From an uncultured Clostridia bacterium (GTDB lineage: Bacteria > Bacillota > Clostridia > UMGS1810), in the NCBI GenBank assembly GCA_934481345.1, contig CAKSPF010000006.1:22770-86769 (forward strand): a stretch of 64,000 bases of DNA, read 5' to 3'. The position numbers were made by a program, and so were the translations under genes. The notes under the pieces are model-generated. The model saw only the letters and a program-made list of their open reading frames with translations. It was not told where the DNA came from and searched no databases. Of this stretch, positions 37,096 to 47,954 are shown piece after piece. Numbering within the stretch: position 1 is the first letter of the stretch; the number at the start of each line of letters is the position of its first letter.

Positions 37096-37131
37096 ACTTA
37101 AAAATTTTTAAAATGCAGGAAAGGAAAAAAT

Positions 37132-39063
37132 ATGGTTAATTCAGAATATGGTGAAAATCAGATTCAGGTTCTTGAAGGACTTGAAGCAGTAAGAAAAAGA
37201 CCCGGAATGTATATAGGTTCCACTTCTATAAGGGGACTTCATCATCTTGTATATGAAATAGTTGATAACAGTATAGATGAAGCGCTTGCCGGATATTGTA
37301 CAAAAATAGAAGTAACGCTCAATAAAGATAATTCCGTAACTGTAAGAGATAACGGAAGAGGTATTCCGCACGGCATACATCCTAAAATGGGTATATCTAC
37401 AATTGATGTTGTTTTTACGGTTCTTCACGCAGGAGGAAAGTTCGGCGGAGGAGGATATAAGGTATCCGGAGGATTGCACGGAGTTGGTGCGTCTGTTGTA
37501 AATGCGCTTTCTACAAAGCTTGAGGTTAAAGTAAGCGACGGAGAAAAAATATGGTATCAAAGCTATAAAAGAGGCGTTCCCGACGGAAAAGTACATACAA
37601 TAGGAGATACTTCCGAAAAGGGAACGGAAATAACCTTTTGGGCAGACGGCGAAATCTTTGAAGAAACCGTATACGAATATGATGTCCTTTTAAAAAGGCT
37701 CAGAGAACAGGCATTTCTTAACGGCGGTATAAAAATAGTATTTACTGATTTGCGTCCTGAGGAACCTGTAAGCGAAACACTGCATTATGACGGCGGTATA
37801 AAGAACTTTGTTTCATATATTTTCAATGAAAAAAAGAAAAGAAAAGAAACTTTAGAGCCCGTTGATGAAAATGTAATTTATGTAAGCGGAGAGAAAAACG
37901 GAAGCATTGCGGAAGTGGCGATTCAGTGGAACAACGGTTATGACGAAGTTATAGAATCATTCGCAAACAATATTTCCACAACAGAGGGCGGAACCCATGA
38001 AACAGGCTTTAAATCCGCACTTACAAAAGTATTGGTGGATTATGCCAGAAAATATAAATTGATGAAAGACAATGAGGAGCTTACCGGAGAGGACGCAAGA
38101 GAAGGAATTGTCGCTGTAATTTCGGTAAAGCTTGAAGAGCCTCAGTTTGAAGGTCAAACCAAAACAAAACTCGGAAATTCCGAAATACGCGGACTTGTGG
38201 AAAATATGGTAAAAGAAAAGCTTGCCGATTTTCTTGAAGAAAACCCTGCTGTCGGAAAGGCTATCATAGAAAAATCTCTTATGGCTGCAAGAGCAAGACT
38301 TGCGGCAAGAAAAGCGAGAGAAGCTACAAGAAAAACACCTCTCGGCACAAGCTCTCTTCCCGGTAAGCTTACCGACTGCATTGTAAAAGACCCTACAAAG
38401 ACTGAAATATATATAGTCGAGGGAGATTCTGCGGGCGGCTCGGCAAAAAACGGAAGGGACAGCAAATATCAGGCAATTCTTCCTCTTTGGGGAAAAATGC
38501 TTAATGTAGAAAAAGCCAGAGCAGATAAAGTATACGGCAACGAAAAGCTTACGCCTGTAATACAGGCTCTCGGAACAGGAATTGCCGGGGAATTTAATCT
38601 GGAAAAATTAAGATATGACAAAATTATAATAATGGCGGATGCCGATGTTGACGGAGCGCATATTCAGACCTTGCTTCTGACATTCTTTTTCAGATTTATG
38701 ACTCCGCTTATAGAGGCAGGACATGTATACCTTGCAAAACCGCCGCTTTATAAGCTCACAAGAGGTAAAAAATCTCAGGTTGCATTCAGCGACGAAGAAA
38801 GAGATATGATAAGCGAGAAGTTTAAAGACGGTGACGCGAATGCCAAAGTAGACATAAGCCGTTATAAAGGTCTCGGAGAAATGAACCCTGAAGAACTTTG
38901 GGAAACAACTATGGATCCTAAAAACAGAATTCTTTTGAAAGTTACTCTGGAAGATGCCGAAAGAGCAGATAAGATATTCAGTATTCTTATGGGTGACGAA
39001 GTAGAGCCGAGAAGAATTTTTATAGAAGAAAATGCTCAGTATGTAACAAATCTTGACGTATAA
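37132..39063 (+). CDS. gyrB: DNA gyrase subunit B
   Basis: GHKL ATPase ([27 protein letters not shown]), [20 protein letters not shown], and PLWGK. Confidence 0.97.
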   Translation: MVNSEYGENQIQVLEGLEAVRKRPGMYIGSTSIRGLHHLVYEIVDNSIDEALAGYCTKIEVTLNKDNSVTVRDNGRGIPHGIHPKMGISTIDVVFTVLHAGGKFGGGGYKVSGGLHGVGASVVNALSTKLEVKVSDGEKIWYQSYKRGVPDGKVHTIGDTSEKGTEITFWADGEIFEETVYEYDVLLKRLREQAFLNGGIKIVFTDLRPEEPVSETLHYDGGIKNFVSYIFNEKKKRKETLEPVDENVIYVSGEKNGSIAEVAIQWNNGYDEVIESFANNISTTEGGTHETGFKSALTKVLVDYARKYKLMKDNEELTGEDAREGIVAVISVKLEEPQFEGQTKTKLGNSEIRGLVENMVKEKLADFLEENPAVGKAIIEKSLMAARARLAARKAREATRKTPLGTSSLPGKLTDCIVKDPTKTEIYIVEGDSAGGSAKNGRDSKYQAILPLWGKMLNVEKARADKVYGNEKLTPVIQALGTGIAGEFNLEKLRYDKIIIMADADVDGAHIQTLLLTFFFRFMTPLIEAGHVYLAKPPLYKLTRGKKSQVAFSDEERDMISEKFKDGDANAKVDISRYKGLGEMNPEELWETTMDPKNRILLKVTLEDAERADKIFSILMGDEVEPRRIFIEENAQYVTNLDV

Positions 39064-39114
39064 AATTTTTTAAAAAATTTTATACGCCGGACATACAAAA
39101 ACGGAGGCAAACAG

Positions 39115-41631
39115 ATGGCAAAAAATAAAAAATATGAGGATTCTCATTTTGAAGAATACTTTGATACTCAGACTATAGTAGATATAGATATAGAAAAAAG
39201 AATGAAAGAAGCATTCATAGATTATGCTATGAGTGTAATAGTAAGCCGTGCTCTTCCTGATGTGAGAGACGGTTTGAAGCCTGTTCACAGAAGAATATTA
39301 TATTCTATGTATGAAGAGCATTTAACTTCGGACAAGCCGTTCTTTAAATCTGCTACCACAGTAGGTAATGTTATCGGTAGGTATCATCCCCACGGTGACG
39401 CATCGGTATATGACGCTATGGTAAGACTTGCACAGGATTTTTCCATGCGTTATCCTTTGATTGACGGGCACGGAAACTTCGGTTCGGTAGACGGAGATCC
39501 GCCGGCTGCTTACCGTTATACGGAAGCCAGAATGAGCAAATTGTCTAATGTTCTTTTGGAAAATATAGAAAAGAATACTGTAGATTTCATACCGAACTTT
39601 GATGAAAAAAGAAGAGAGCCGGTGGTACTTCCTACCCGTATCCCGACGCTTTTAATAAACGGAAGCTCTGGTATTGCCGTAGGTATGGCAACAAATATAC
39701 CTCCTCACAATTTAACGGAGGTATTAAACGGAGTAATTGCACAGATAGATAATCCCGATATTACCGTAGAGGAATTAATGGAATACATAAAAGGTCCTGA
39801 TTTTCCTACAAAGGCTTCAATTATGGGACTCAGCGGTATAAGAGCGGCATATGCGACAGGACGGGGTAAGGTAATAGTAAGGGCAAAAACGCAGATAGAA
39901 GAGCATAAAGACGGAACAGCTTCCATTATTGTTACCGAGCTGCCTTACCAGGTAAACAAAAAAATGCTTGTAGAATCCATAGCAGACCTGGTAAAAGACA
40001 AGAAAATAGAAGGTCTTTCGGATATTGACGACCATTCTTCGGACAGAGTAGGAATAAGGCTCGAGATTTTCTTAAAAAGAGATGCAAATCCGCAGATTGT
40101 ATTGAATCAGCTTTTCAAATTTACAAGATTGCAGGACAGTTTTTCCATAAATATGCTTGCAATAGATGACGGAAAGCCGAAAACAATGGGTCTTAAATAT
40201 ATTTTGGAGAGATTCATTGATTTTCAGGAGGAAATCGTTACCCGCCGCATAAAATATGATTTGGAAAAAGCCGAAGCAAGAATGCACATTCTGGAAGGTT
40301 TGCGTATTGCCATAGCAAATATCGATGAGGTAATAAATATCATAAGAAATTCTTATGATGACGCAAGAGAAAGACTTATGGAAAGATTCGGTCTTTCGCA
40401 GATTCAGGCACAGAGCGTTCTTGATATGAAGCTCGGTCAGCTCCAGAAACTGAGCGGCGAAAAAATAGAAGAAGAATACAATGCACTTTCTGTAAAAATA
40501 GAAGAATACAAACTTATTTTGTCTGACAAGAGCCGTCTTATGGGACAGATAAAAAATGAACTTATCGAAATAAGAGATAAGTACGGTGATGAAAGATTAA
40601 CTGCTATAGAACCTGCGGTTGACTTTATCGAAGATGAAGATTTAATTGAGGTTGAAGACTGTGTAATCACGATGACTCATTTCGGATATATTAAAAGGCT
40701 TCCTTCCGCAACATACAAAAGTCAGCACCGCGGAGGCCGCGGAATATCCGGTTTAAGCACACGGGATGAAGATTTTGTTGAAAATATATTTACGGCTTCT
40801 TCACACGATTATCTGCTTTTCTTTACCAACATGGGAAGAATGTATAAGATAAAGGCATACAGAATAGCGGAATCGGGAAGACAGGCTAAAGGAACTGCTA
40901 TAGTTAATATTCTGCCGCTTGAAAACGGTGAAAAAATAACGGCAACCATACCTATAAAGGAATTTGAAGAAAACAAATACCTTACTATGATTACAAAACG
41001 CGGTTTTGTAAAAAAGACAAGTCTTGACGAGTATAATTCCAACAGAAAAGGAGGAATTATAGCAATAGGTCTCAGAGAAGATGACGAACTTATTGAGGTT
41101 GCGCTCACCGAAGAAGGACAAAATGTAATACTCGGTACCAAAAACGGTATGTGCATTAAGTTTAAAGAAGATGATGTACGTCCTATGGGCAGAGGTGCAA
41201 GCGGAGTTATAGGCATAAAGCTCAGAGATGATGACTATGTAATCGGAGGAAATGTATGCGGCGATGACTGTATGCTTCTTTCCGTTACAGAAAACGGCTA
41301 CGGTAAGAAAACCGACATTAATGAGTTTAAATGCCAGTTCAGAGGCGGCAGAGGAGTAACGGGATATAAAATAACCGAAAAAACAGGACTTATAGCAGGC
41401 TGTGAAATAGTAAACAGCGAAGATGATGTCATGATGATTACCTCCGACGGTATTGTAATAAGAACGGACATCAATGAAATAAGTATGTTCGGCCGTGTAA
41501 CACAAGGTGTAAGAGTAATGAAACTTTCTGATGATATAAAAGTTGTTTCCATAGCAAAAGCTAAAAAAGAAGAGGAAGATGAGCAAAGTGAAACAACAGA
41601 AGGTGAAGAAACAAAAGAAACAAATGAATAA
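39115..41631 (+). CDS. gyrA: DNA gyrase subunit A
   Basis: [12 protein letters not shown], catalytic [29 protein letters not shown]-terminal beta-pinwheel and an acidic tail. Confidence 0.97.
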   Translation: MAKNKKYEDSHFEEYFDTQTIVDIDIEKRMKEAFIDYAMSVIVSRALPDVRDGLKPVHRRILYSMYEEHLTSDKPFFKSATTVGNVIGRYHPHGDASVYDAMVRLAQDFSMRYPLIDGHGNFGSVDGDPPAAYRYTEARMSKLSNVLLENIEKNTVDFIPNFDEKRREPVVLPTRIPTLLINGSSGIAVGMATNIPPHNLTEVLNGVIAQIDNPDITVEELMEYIKGPDFPTKASIMGLSGIRAAYATGRGKVIVRAKTQIEEHKDGTASIIVTELPYQVNKKMLVESIADLVKDKKIEGLSDIDDHSSDRVGIRLEIFLKRDANPQIVLNQLFKFTRLQDSFSINMLAIDDGKPKTMGLKYILERFIDFQEEIVTRRIKYDLEKAEARMHILEGLRIAIANIDEVINIIRNSYDDARERLMERFGLSQIQAQSVLDMKLGQLQKLSGEKIEEEYNALSVKIEEYKLILSDKSRLMGQIKNELIEIRDKYGDERLTAIEPAVDFIEDEDLIEVEDCVITMTHFGYIKRLPSATYKSQHRGGRGISGLSTRDEDFVENIFTASSHDYLLFFTNMGRMYKIKAYRIAESGRQAKGTAIVNILPLENGEKITATIPIKEFEENKYLTMITKRGFVKKTSLDEYNSNRKGGIIAIGLREDDELIEVALTEEGQNVILGTKNGMCIKFKEDDVRPMGRGASGVIGIKLRDDDYVIGGNVCGDDCMLLSVTENGYGKKTDINEFKCQFRGGRGVTGYKITEKTGLIAGCEIVNSEDDVMMITSDGIVIRTDINEISMFGRVTQGVRVMKLSDDIKVVSIAKAKKEEEDEQSETTEGEETKETNE

Positions 41632-41640
41632 ATAAGACAA

Positions 41641-41684
41641 AAATCCCATAGAAATCAAGTAAATCTGATTTCTATGGGATTTTA
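41641..41684. terminator. Bidirectional intrinsic terminator between gyrA and the convergent DUF4250 gene
   Basis: AAATCCCATAGAAATCA-N8-TGATTTCTATGGGATTT, a 17-bp stem with A/T flanks. Confidence 0.85.
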
Positions 41685-41698
41685 AAGTTGCTTAAATT

Positions 41699-41872
41699 TT
41701 ATTCAAATTGATTTTTGGTTTTATTATAGGTATAGCCTATAGAATTTAATTTATCTATTATATCTTCTTTGTCTGCTTCAAGGTCATCACAAAGCAAATC
41801 CAGATTTTCATAGAAATCTCTGAGCTTTGTATTTATTACGCTAAGAAGTATAACGGGGTCTTTCGGCAGCAT
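41699..41872 (-). CDS. DUF4250 family small protein
   Basis: MLPKDPVILLSVINTKLRDFYENLDLLCDDL is typical of DUF4250. The start was moved to the ATG at 41872, 9 nt after AAGAGGA. The ORF track start is 41881. Confidence 0.75.
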   Translation of the reverse strand: MLPKDPVILLSVINTKLRDFYENLDLLCDDLEADKEDIIDKLNSIGYTYNKTKNQFE

Positions 41873-41899
41873 ATTGATCATTCCTCTTTTGTAAAATTA

Positions 41900-42691
41900 T
41901 TATATATTAAGAAGCTTTAAGGCATTTTTATAATAAATCTTGTCTTTATCATTCTGTGATAAATCCAGACTTTCTATAAGCCATTTTTCCCATGACGGTC
42001 TGTGCCAGGGCATATCCGAACCGAAAAGAAGTTTATCCGGAGTATGCTTTTCTATTATACTTTCGGCAAAGCTTTTTGGCATAACGCCGTATCCGAATGA
42101 CAAATCAAACCAAAGCGGCAGACCGCACAATTTTTTTATAACTTCATCTCCTGCGCCTACACCGCCCCAATGTGCGGCTATTACGGGAGAATCAAACCAT
42201 TTGAGAGCATTGATAATATTATCCGGCATACACTTAAAAGGCATTTTAAATCCATAGTCATAGCCGGCATGAAACAAAGTTATAAGACCAAGTGATGATA
42301 TTTTTTTATAAATGGGTTTCATTTTTTCATCATCGGCGAAAAATCCCTGATAATCGGGATGAAATTTTATTCCTTTCAGTCCGAGTTCTTTTATTCTTTC
42401 AAGTTCTTCAATTACATTCGGTGCGTCCGGATGAACGGAACCAAAAGAAAACAAATTATTTTCTTTATTTATCTGAGCGGCGAAGTTATTTACATTTGTT
42501 TGTTGCTTTGGATTAGTTGCAATCTGCAAAACAACGGCAATGTCAACACCGTCTTTTTTCATTTCATTTTTAAGTGAATCAAGTGTTCCGTCAGTTTGCG
42601 GTTTAAGCCCGCCCGATACATATGCAAGCTTTTCTATTGCTCTTTCGGCTATTCTTTCGGGAAAGGCATGAGTGTGAAAATCTATAAGCAT
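41900..42691 (-). CDS. Metal-dependent amidohydrolase-fold hydrolase (PF04909/TatD-like)
   Basis: MLIDFHTHAFPE HxH motif and a TIM-barrel hydrolase pattern with later H and D residues (FHAGYD, GSDMPW). The RBS is GGGGGA. Confidence 0.75.
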   Translation of the reverse strand: MLIDFHTHAFPERIAERAIEKLAYVSGGLKPQTDGTLDSLKNEMKKDGVDIAVVLQIATNPKQQTNVNNFAAQINKENNLFSFGSVHPDAPNVIEELERIKELGLKGIKFHPDYQGFFADDEKMKPIYKKISSLGLITLFHAGYDYGFKMPFKCMPDNIINALKWFDSPVIAAHWGGVGAGDEVIKKLCGLPLWFDLSFGYGVMPKSFAESIIEKHTPDKLLFGSDMPWHRPSWEKWLIESLDLSQNDKDKIYYKNALKLLNI

Positions 42692-42712
42692 GTTTATTCC
42701 CCCGGTACTTAG

Positions 42713-42780
42713 TTTTTGTGTTAAGACAGAGCGGATTTAAATACGCATTAATCTCCTCTGTCTAAATCTTAACACAAAAA
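42713..42780. repeat. 68-nt extended imperfect palindrome (13 bp + 6 bp stems, 6-nt bulge, 24-nt loop) between eno and the amidohydrolase gene
   Basis: TTTTTGTGTTAAG pairs with CTTAACACAAAAA, and ACAGAG pairs with CTCTGT. No U tract follows on either strand. Confidence 0.7.
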
Positions 42781-42845
42781 TTATTGAATTACAATTTTAT
42801 AAATTCATTTTTATATAAAACGCAGAATTACAGTGGCAAAAAAAA

Positions 42846-44150
42846 TCATATACTGTCTAATTTTAAATTAAAAAATGCCTTTATACCGGGATAATTTGCA
42901 ATATCGGAAAGCTCTTCCCCTATGCGTATAAGCTGATTGTATTTTGCGGTTCTGTCACTTCTTGAAGGTGCTCCCGTTTTAATCTGACCTGAATTTACCG
43001 CGACGGCAATATCTGCGATTGTAGCGTCTTCGGTTTCGCCGCTTCTGTGAGATATTATTGCTGCATAGCCTGCTCTGTTTGCTGTCTGGATTGCCTCCAT
43101 GGTTTCTGTAAGGGTACCTATTTGATTAACTTTTATCAAAATGGCATTGCCGGCATGTCTTGATATTCCTGTTTTCAGTCTTTCGGCATTTGTTACGAAT
43201 AAATCATCGCCTACAAGCTGTACTTTATATCCAAGTTCTTTTGTAAGCTTTTCCCATGCGGACCAGTCATCTTCCCCTACTCCGTCTTCAATTGAAATTA
43301 CCGGGTATTTGTCGCAAATATTTTTCCAATAATTAATAAGTTCATCCGAAGACATTTTTATACCCGATTTCGGCATAATATATTCTCCGCTGCCGTCTGT
43401 CCATTCTGAAGCTGCCGCATCTATTGCTATTTTGAAGTCAAACTCCGTATTGTATCCGGATTCTTTTATTGCCCGGCATATTATTTCAAGGGCGTCTTCG
43501 TCTTTTTCAAGTGACGGAGCAAAACCGCCTTCGTCACCGACGCCTGTGGAAAGTCCGCGTTCCTTTAAAAGCTTTTTCAGGCTGTGAAAAACTTCTGTAC
43601 ATCTCGTTATTGCTTCTTTAAAATTCGGCGCGCCTACAGGCATAATCATAAATTCCTGAATATCAATATTGTTTCCTGCATGAGCTCCGCCGTTTAATAT
43701 GTTCATCATAGGAACAGGAAGTGTGTGTGAATAAACACCGCCTATATACTGATACAAACCGACTCCGAGAGCTTTTGCGGCTGCTTTGGCACATGCAAGC
43801 GAAACTCCCAGAATTGCATTTGCACCGAGTTTGGATTTATTTTCTGTGCCGTCCAGTTTATTTAATACGGAATCTATCAAAATCTGATCCAGAACATTCA
43901 TTCCGACAATTTTTTCTGAAATTATATTATTAACGTTGTCCACTGCTTTGCTTACGCTCATGCCGCCGAACCGTTCTCCGCCGTCACGCAGTTCAATTGC
44001 CTCATGGACACCGGTAGACGCGCCTGACGGAACAGCCGCTCTGCCGATATATCCGCCCTCTGTGATTACCTCTGCTTCAACCGTAGGATTGCCTCGGGAA
44101 TCAAGAATTTCTCTTGCAAAAACATCTACAATTTCAATAAACTGTTTCAT
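42846..44150 (-). CDS. eno: Enolase
   Basis: [25 protein letters not shown] and SHRSGETED. The start was moved to 44150, preceded by GGAGG. The ORF track start is 44165. Confidence 0.96.
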   Translation of the reverse strand: MKQFIEIVDVFAREILDSRGNPTVEAEVITEGGYIGRAAVPSGASTGVHEAIELRDGGERFGGMSVSKAVDNVNNIISEKIVGMNVLDQILIDSVLNKLDGTENKSKLGANAILGVSLACAKAAAKALGVGLYQYIGGVYSHTLPVPMMNILNGGAHAGNNIDIQEFMIMPVGAPNFKEAITRCTEVFHSLKKLLKERGLSTGVGDEGGFAPSLEKDEDALEIICRAIKESGYNTEFDFKIAIDAAASEWTDGSGEYIMPKSGIKMSSDELINYWKNICDKYPVISIEDGVGEDDWSAWEKLTKELGYKVQLVGDDLFVTNAERLKTGISRHAGNAILIKVNQIGTLTETMEAIQTANRAGYAAIISHRSGETEDATIADIAVAVNSGQIKTGAPSRSDRTAKYNQLIRIGEELSDIANYPGIKAFFNLKLDSI

Positions 44151-44174
44151 ATGATATACCTCCAAAAAGCAAAA

Positions 44175-44205
44175 ATATACACTGCATAAAACATGCAGTG
44201 TATAT
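44175..44205 (-). terminator. Intrinsic terminator of dtd, abutting the eno RBS
   Basis: ATATACACTGCAT-AAAAC-ATGCAGTGTATAT, a perfect 13-bp stem with a T-rich tail on the minus strand (TTTTTGCTTTTTGG). Confidence 0.75.
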
Positions 44206-44231
44206 ATTTTATCCCCTAAGAGGATATATAT

Positions 44232-44690
44232 TCATTTTTTAATTATTTCTTCCGAATCCAGGATTATTGTTACGGGCCCGTCATTGAGCAGTTCAACTTT
44301 CATATCTGCTCCGAAAGAGCCGGTTTTAACTTCTTTTCCGGAAATATTATTTAATATATTTACAAATGAAGTATAGTATTCTCTCGCCTTATCCGGATTA
44401 AGAGCTTCTGCAAATGAAGGGCGCCTTCCCTTTCTGCAGTCTGCATAAAGAGTAAACTGGCTTACAACAAGCAGTTCACCGTCAACATCTGAAAGCGACA
44501 AATTCATTTTTTCGTTTTGATCTTCAAAAATTCTCAGACCAAACATCTTTTCTGCCATCGGAGCTAAATATTCTTCTTTGTCGCCGTCACAGAATCCTAC
44601 AAATGCCAAAATTCCTTTTTCAATTTTGCTTTTGCATTTTCCGTCAATTGTAACGGAAGCTTTTTTCACACGCTGAATTAAAATTCTCAT
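44232..44690 (-). CDS. dtd: D-aminoacyl-tRNA deacylase
   Basis: MRILIQRVKKASVTIDGK and SQFTLYADCRKGRRPSF motifs. 152 aa. Confidence 0.93.
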   Translation of the reverse strand: MRILIQRVKKASVTIDGKCKSKIEKGILAFVGFCDGDKEEYLAPMAEKMFGLRIFEDQNEKMNLSLSDVDGELLVVSQFTLYADCRKGRRPSFAEALNPDKAREYYTSFVNILNNISGKEVKTGSFGADMKVELLNDGPVTIILDSEEIIKK

Positions 44691-44702
44691 TTTTTCACCA
44701 AA

Positions 44703-45149
44703 TCAGTTTTTCTTTGGGTTTGCATATACAGCATGAAAAATGACGCTTACAACAAAGAATACACCGTTAACTATTGTAAGTGCCAGCAATGAATCATGCG
44801 CCCAGTTTGTTAAATGGTGTTTATTCATAAATACCATTGAAAACGGAACATTGAACATAAACGCAAACACAAATCCCGTAATTATGAGGTATATAATGTA
44901 TTCCAAAAAATATTTTTTGTGTTTTTTGATTGAATTATATGCCAAAGCTGCCGCAGTAATCCACGAAATCATTCCTCCGAAGCTTGCTGCGCCGGTAGCA
45001 AGTGAAATAAGGGCAGGATTTCTCATTCCCATATATATAAGCATCAAAATCACAAAAACAACCATTGCAACAACGGTAGTTACAAGCATTAAATTAGAAT
45101 GAAGCTCGCAGGATAAATTCTTTGCGTTTTTATTTTCTTTATTTTTCAT
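44703..45149 (-). CDS. Hypothetical four-TM membrane protein
   Basis: Four hydrophobic helices. The start was moved to the ATG at 45149, 9 nt after AAGGAGA. The ORF track start is 45179. No family was recognised. Confidence 0.6.
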   Translation of the reverse strand: MKNKENKNAKNLSCELHSNLMLVTTVVAMVVFVILMLIYMGMRNPALISLATGAASFGGMISWITAAALAYNSIKKHKKYFLEYIIYLIITGFVFAFMFNVPFSMVFMNKHHLTNWAHDSLLALTIVNGVFFVVSVIFHAVYANPKKN

Positions 45150-45163
45150 AGAAACGTATCTCC

Positions 45164-45907
45164 TTACATCCGCTTCCAATCGCCGAGTTCATACATTACT
45201 GCAGAAATCACTGCGACAGGAGCTGTTTCACATCTTAAAATTCGCGGTCCGAGTGTTACTATGTTAATATTTGCTTCTTTTGCGGATTTTATTTCATCAT
45301 CTTCAAATCCGCCCTCGGGACCGATTATAATATTAATATCTGTCATATTTCCGTTATTTTTCAATACGGATTTAATATCTGTATGTTCTTCATTTTCATA
45401 TGCCAGAATATTCAGAGCATCTGAATTTTTAATTTCGTTAATCATATCGTCAAAGCTTATCGGGCTTGATACTTTAGGAATTATTCCTCTTTTGCTCTGT
45501 TTAGCCGCCTCTGCTGCAATTTTTCTTTGTCTTTCCGTTTTTAATGCGGCATTTTTAAGCTTTACCACGGTTCTCTGCATTACGACAGGAACAATTCTTT
45601 TGGCGCCGAGCTCTACACTTTTCTGAATAATAAAATCAAGCTTATCGCCTTTCGGTATTCCCTGATAAAGCGTTATATTTAAATTGCTTTCGGAACTATT
45701 CGGCATCTTTTTGATAATGTCTGCGGTTACGGCAGTTTTAGAAACAGAAGATACGGTACACAAATAATCCGTTCCGCACATGTCGCAGATTTCTATACAA
45801 TCGCCGCATTTCAAACGCAGAACCCTTGAAATATGCTGCACGTCATCTCCTGTAACGGTTATAACATTATCGTCAATGCAGGACGCATCCGCAAAAAATC
45901 TGTGCAT
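45164..45907 (-). CDS. rsmE: 16S rRNA (uracil1498-N3)-methyltransferase RsmE
   Basis: The MHRFFAD N-terminal PUA-like domain and the SPOUT C-terminus GPEGGF...LGPRILRCETA. Confidence 0.9.
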   Translation of the reverse strand: MHRFFADASCIDDNVITVTGDDVQHISRVLRLKCGDCIEICDMCGTDYLCTVSSVSKTAVTADIIKKMPNSSESNLNITLYQGIPKGDKLDFIIQKSVELGAKRIVPVVMQRTVVKLKNAALKTERQRKIAAEAAKQSKRGIIPKVSSPISFDDMINEIKNSDALNILAYENEEHTDIKSVLKNNGNMTDINIIIGPEGGFEDDEIKSAKEANINIVTLGPRILRCETAPVAVISAVMYELGDWKRM

Positions 45908-45983
45908 TGCTGAAAATCCTTTCTGACAATTTTTGTCACTTTATCAATTATATCATATATTATACCCATTATGCAAGCAATTT

Positions 45984-46952
45984 TTAAAATTTGCATGTAA
46001 CGGCAGCCCAACCGTCTTCCTCCGAAACGGTGCAGGGTGTAATATTCTCTTTTTGCATTGCATTTTTCACGTCTTCAAGCCTTTCTTTTATTATGCCGGA
46101 GCATATGAAAGTACCGTTTTTATTTATAAGTTTTTTGACTGTCGGCAGCAGAGAAATTATAACGTCTGCAACAATATTTGCCACTATAACGTCGTATTTT
46201 GTATCGGATATTTTTTCAAAAAGAATGCGGTCTGTCACAATATCTCCGGCATAAACCGAATATTTGCTTTTATCAGTTTTGTTGCGGTCCGCATTCTCAT
46301 ATGCGGTATGGATGCAGTTTTCGTCAATATCAACGGCAACGGCTTTTTTTGCGCCGAGCATAAGGGCGATAACCGACAGTATTCCGCTGCCGCACCCTGC
46401 ATCGAGCAAAACAGTATCTTTATTTACTGCCTTTTCAAGTTCGCATATACACAGTTTTGTACTGGCATGTGTTCCCGTACCGAAAGTCATGCCGGGGTTT
46501 ACCGTAAAAACTATTCTGTCGGTTGATTTGTCGTAAGGGCACCATTCCGGCTGAATAAGAATTTTTTTTCCCACTTCTATAGGTTTAAAATATTTTTTCC
46601 AGTTATTTGCCCAGTCTTCCTCATTCAGACCGTTGATTTCAAGCTCCAGTCTGCCGAGAAGATTTTCCGAGTCGGATTTTTTAAGCTCTGATAAAAGAGT
46701 TTTGATTTTTGAAATTTGGTCGTTTGCACTGCTGTCATTTTCTATATAAAATATTACTTTTGTTTCTCCTTTTTTTTGTTCCATAAGGTCATCATCGACA
46801 TAATCCCAGTATTTTGAGTTGTTTTCCAAGAATTCGCTGAATTCTTCAAAATCCTCTATCTCCACACTCTTATACCCTGTATCATAGAGCCTTGAACACA
46901 AAATATCTATTCCCGTATTGCAGGTATATATTGTTATTTTAAGCCATTCCAT
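45984..46952 (-). CDS. prmA: Ribosomal protein L11 methyltransferase PrmA
   Basis: MEWLKITIYT, the FGTGTHASTKLC motif and the SAM motif LDAGCGSGILS. The start was moved to 46952, preceded by ACGGAGA. The ORF track start is 47024. Confidence 0.9.
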   Translation of the reverse strand: MEWLKITIYTCNTGIDILCSRLYDTGYKSVEIEDFEEFSEFLENNSKYWDYVDDDLMEQKKGETKVIFYIENDSSANDQISKIKTLLSELKKSDSENLLGRLELEINGLNEEDWANNWKKYFKPIEVGKKILIQPEWCPYDKSTDRIVFTVNPGMTFGTGTHASTKLCICELEKAVNKDTVLLDAGCGSGILSVIALMLGAKKAVAVDIDENCIHTAYENADRNKTDKSKYSVYAGDIVTDRILFEKISDTKYDVIVANIVADVIISLLPTVKKLINKNGTFICSGIIKERLEDVKNAMQKENITPCTVSEEDGWAAVTCKF

Positions 46953-47086
46953 AAAAAAATCTCCGTTCTGTTTATGTAATTTTATTATATTTTTAATTAT
47001 ACGATATTTAAGCGGAAAATACAAGTGATTTTAGTGTTTACTTTTTACTTATTTTGTTATACAATATATATGTCAGGAGTGATGCA

Positions 47087-47941
47087 ATGAAAAATTTAAC
47101 ATCGCCGGCTGTTATAAGGGAGATTTTATCAAAAAATTCGTTCAACTTTTCAAAATCTCTCGGTCAGAATTTTTTGATTGATGAAGAAGTTCTGGAAAAA
47201 ATGATAGTTAATTCAGAAATAGATGCCTCCTCAAATGTGCTTGAAATCGGTCCCGGTTTCGGAACGCTGACGCAGAAGCTTTGCATGCATGCAAAAAATG
47301 TGGTATCTGTTGAGATTGACAGCACGGTTATTCCTATATTAAAGGAAAATGTCAGCGAATTTGATAACATAAAAATAATAAATAAAGACATAATGAAAAC
47401 AGATATTTCAAAATTAATAAATGATGAATTCGGCAATGAAAAGGTAAAAGTGGCGGCAAATCTGCCGTATTATATCACAACACCTATAATAATGGCTTTG
47501 ATTGAACCGGGATTGCCTGTAACCGACCTGACGGTGATGATACAAAAAGAGGTCGCCGAAAGAATAGGGGCAAAGCCGGGAAACAAAAGCTACGGTGCGC
47601 TTACCGTTGCGGTGAATTTCTATGCGGAACCGGAGATAATATGCACTGTTGCTCCGTCAGCTTTTATGCCGCAGCCAAAGGTATCCTCTGCTGTAATAAG
47701 GCTTAAAATGCGTGATAAACCCGCAGTCGAGGTGAAATCAACGGAAAAATTCTTTAACGTTGTGCGAGCGTCATTCGGACAGAGAAGAAAGACCCTGCTC
47801 AATGCACTTGCAAACAGTAGTTTGCTTAATATTACAAAAGAAGAAACAAAAAGAATTTTGAGCCGGGCGGGTATAGATGAAAAAAGACGCGGTGAAACAC
47901 TCAGCATGAGAGAATTTGCCGATATTGCCGATTTGATTTGA
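47087..47941 (+). CDS. rsmA: 16S rRNA (adenine1518/1519-N6)-dimethyltransferase RsmA/KsgA
   Basis: KSLGQNFLIDEEVLEKM, LEIGPGFGTLT and NLPYYITTPI. The ATG at 47087 is preceded by AGGAGTGA. The ORF track start is 47054. Confidence 0.93.
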   Translation: MKNLTSPAVIREILSKNSFNFSKSLGQNFLIDEEVLEKMIVNSEIDASSNVLEIGPGFGTLTQKLCMHAKNVVSVEIDSTVIPILKENVSEFDNIKIINKDIMKTDISKLINDEFGNEKVKVAANLPYYITTPIIMALIEPGLPVTDLTVMIQKEVAERIGAKPGNKSYGALTVAVNFYAEPEIICTVAPSAFMPQPKVSSAVIRLKMRDKPAVEVKSTEKFFNVVRASFGQRRKTLLNALANSSLLNITKEETKRILSRAGIDEKRRGETLSMREFADIADLI

Positions 47942-47954
47942 AAGAAGGTAAAAA

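Noticed and set aside
40801-41658. 285-aa ORF antisense to the gyrA C-terminal domain (with the nested ORFs 40809..41216 and 41298..41552).
   Set aside because: Its composition is dominated by F, Y, C and I, as expected for the reverse complement of a GAA/AAA-rich gene. It has no RBS and lies wholly inside a confidently identified gyrA.
45908-45983. Small palindrome TGACAA-TTT-TTGTCA between rsmE and prmA.
   Set aside because: It has a 6-bp stem and no U tract, in a 76-nt spacer. It is too small to distinguish from chance.
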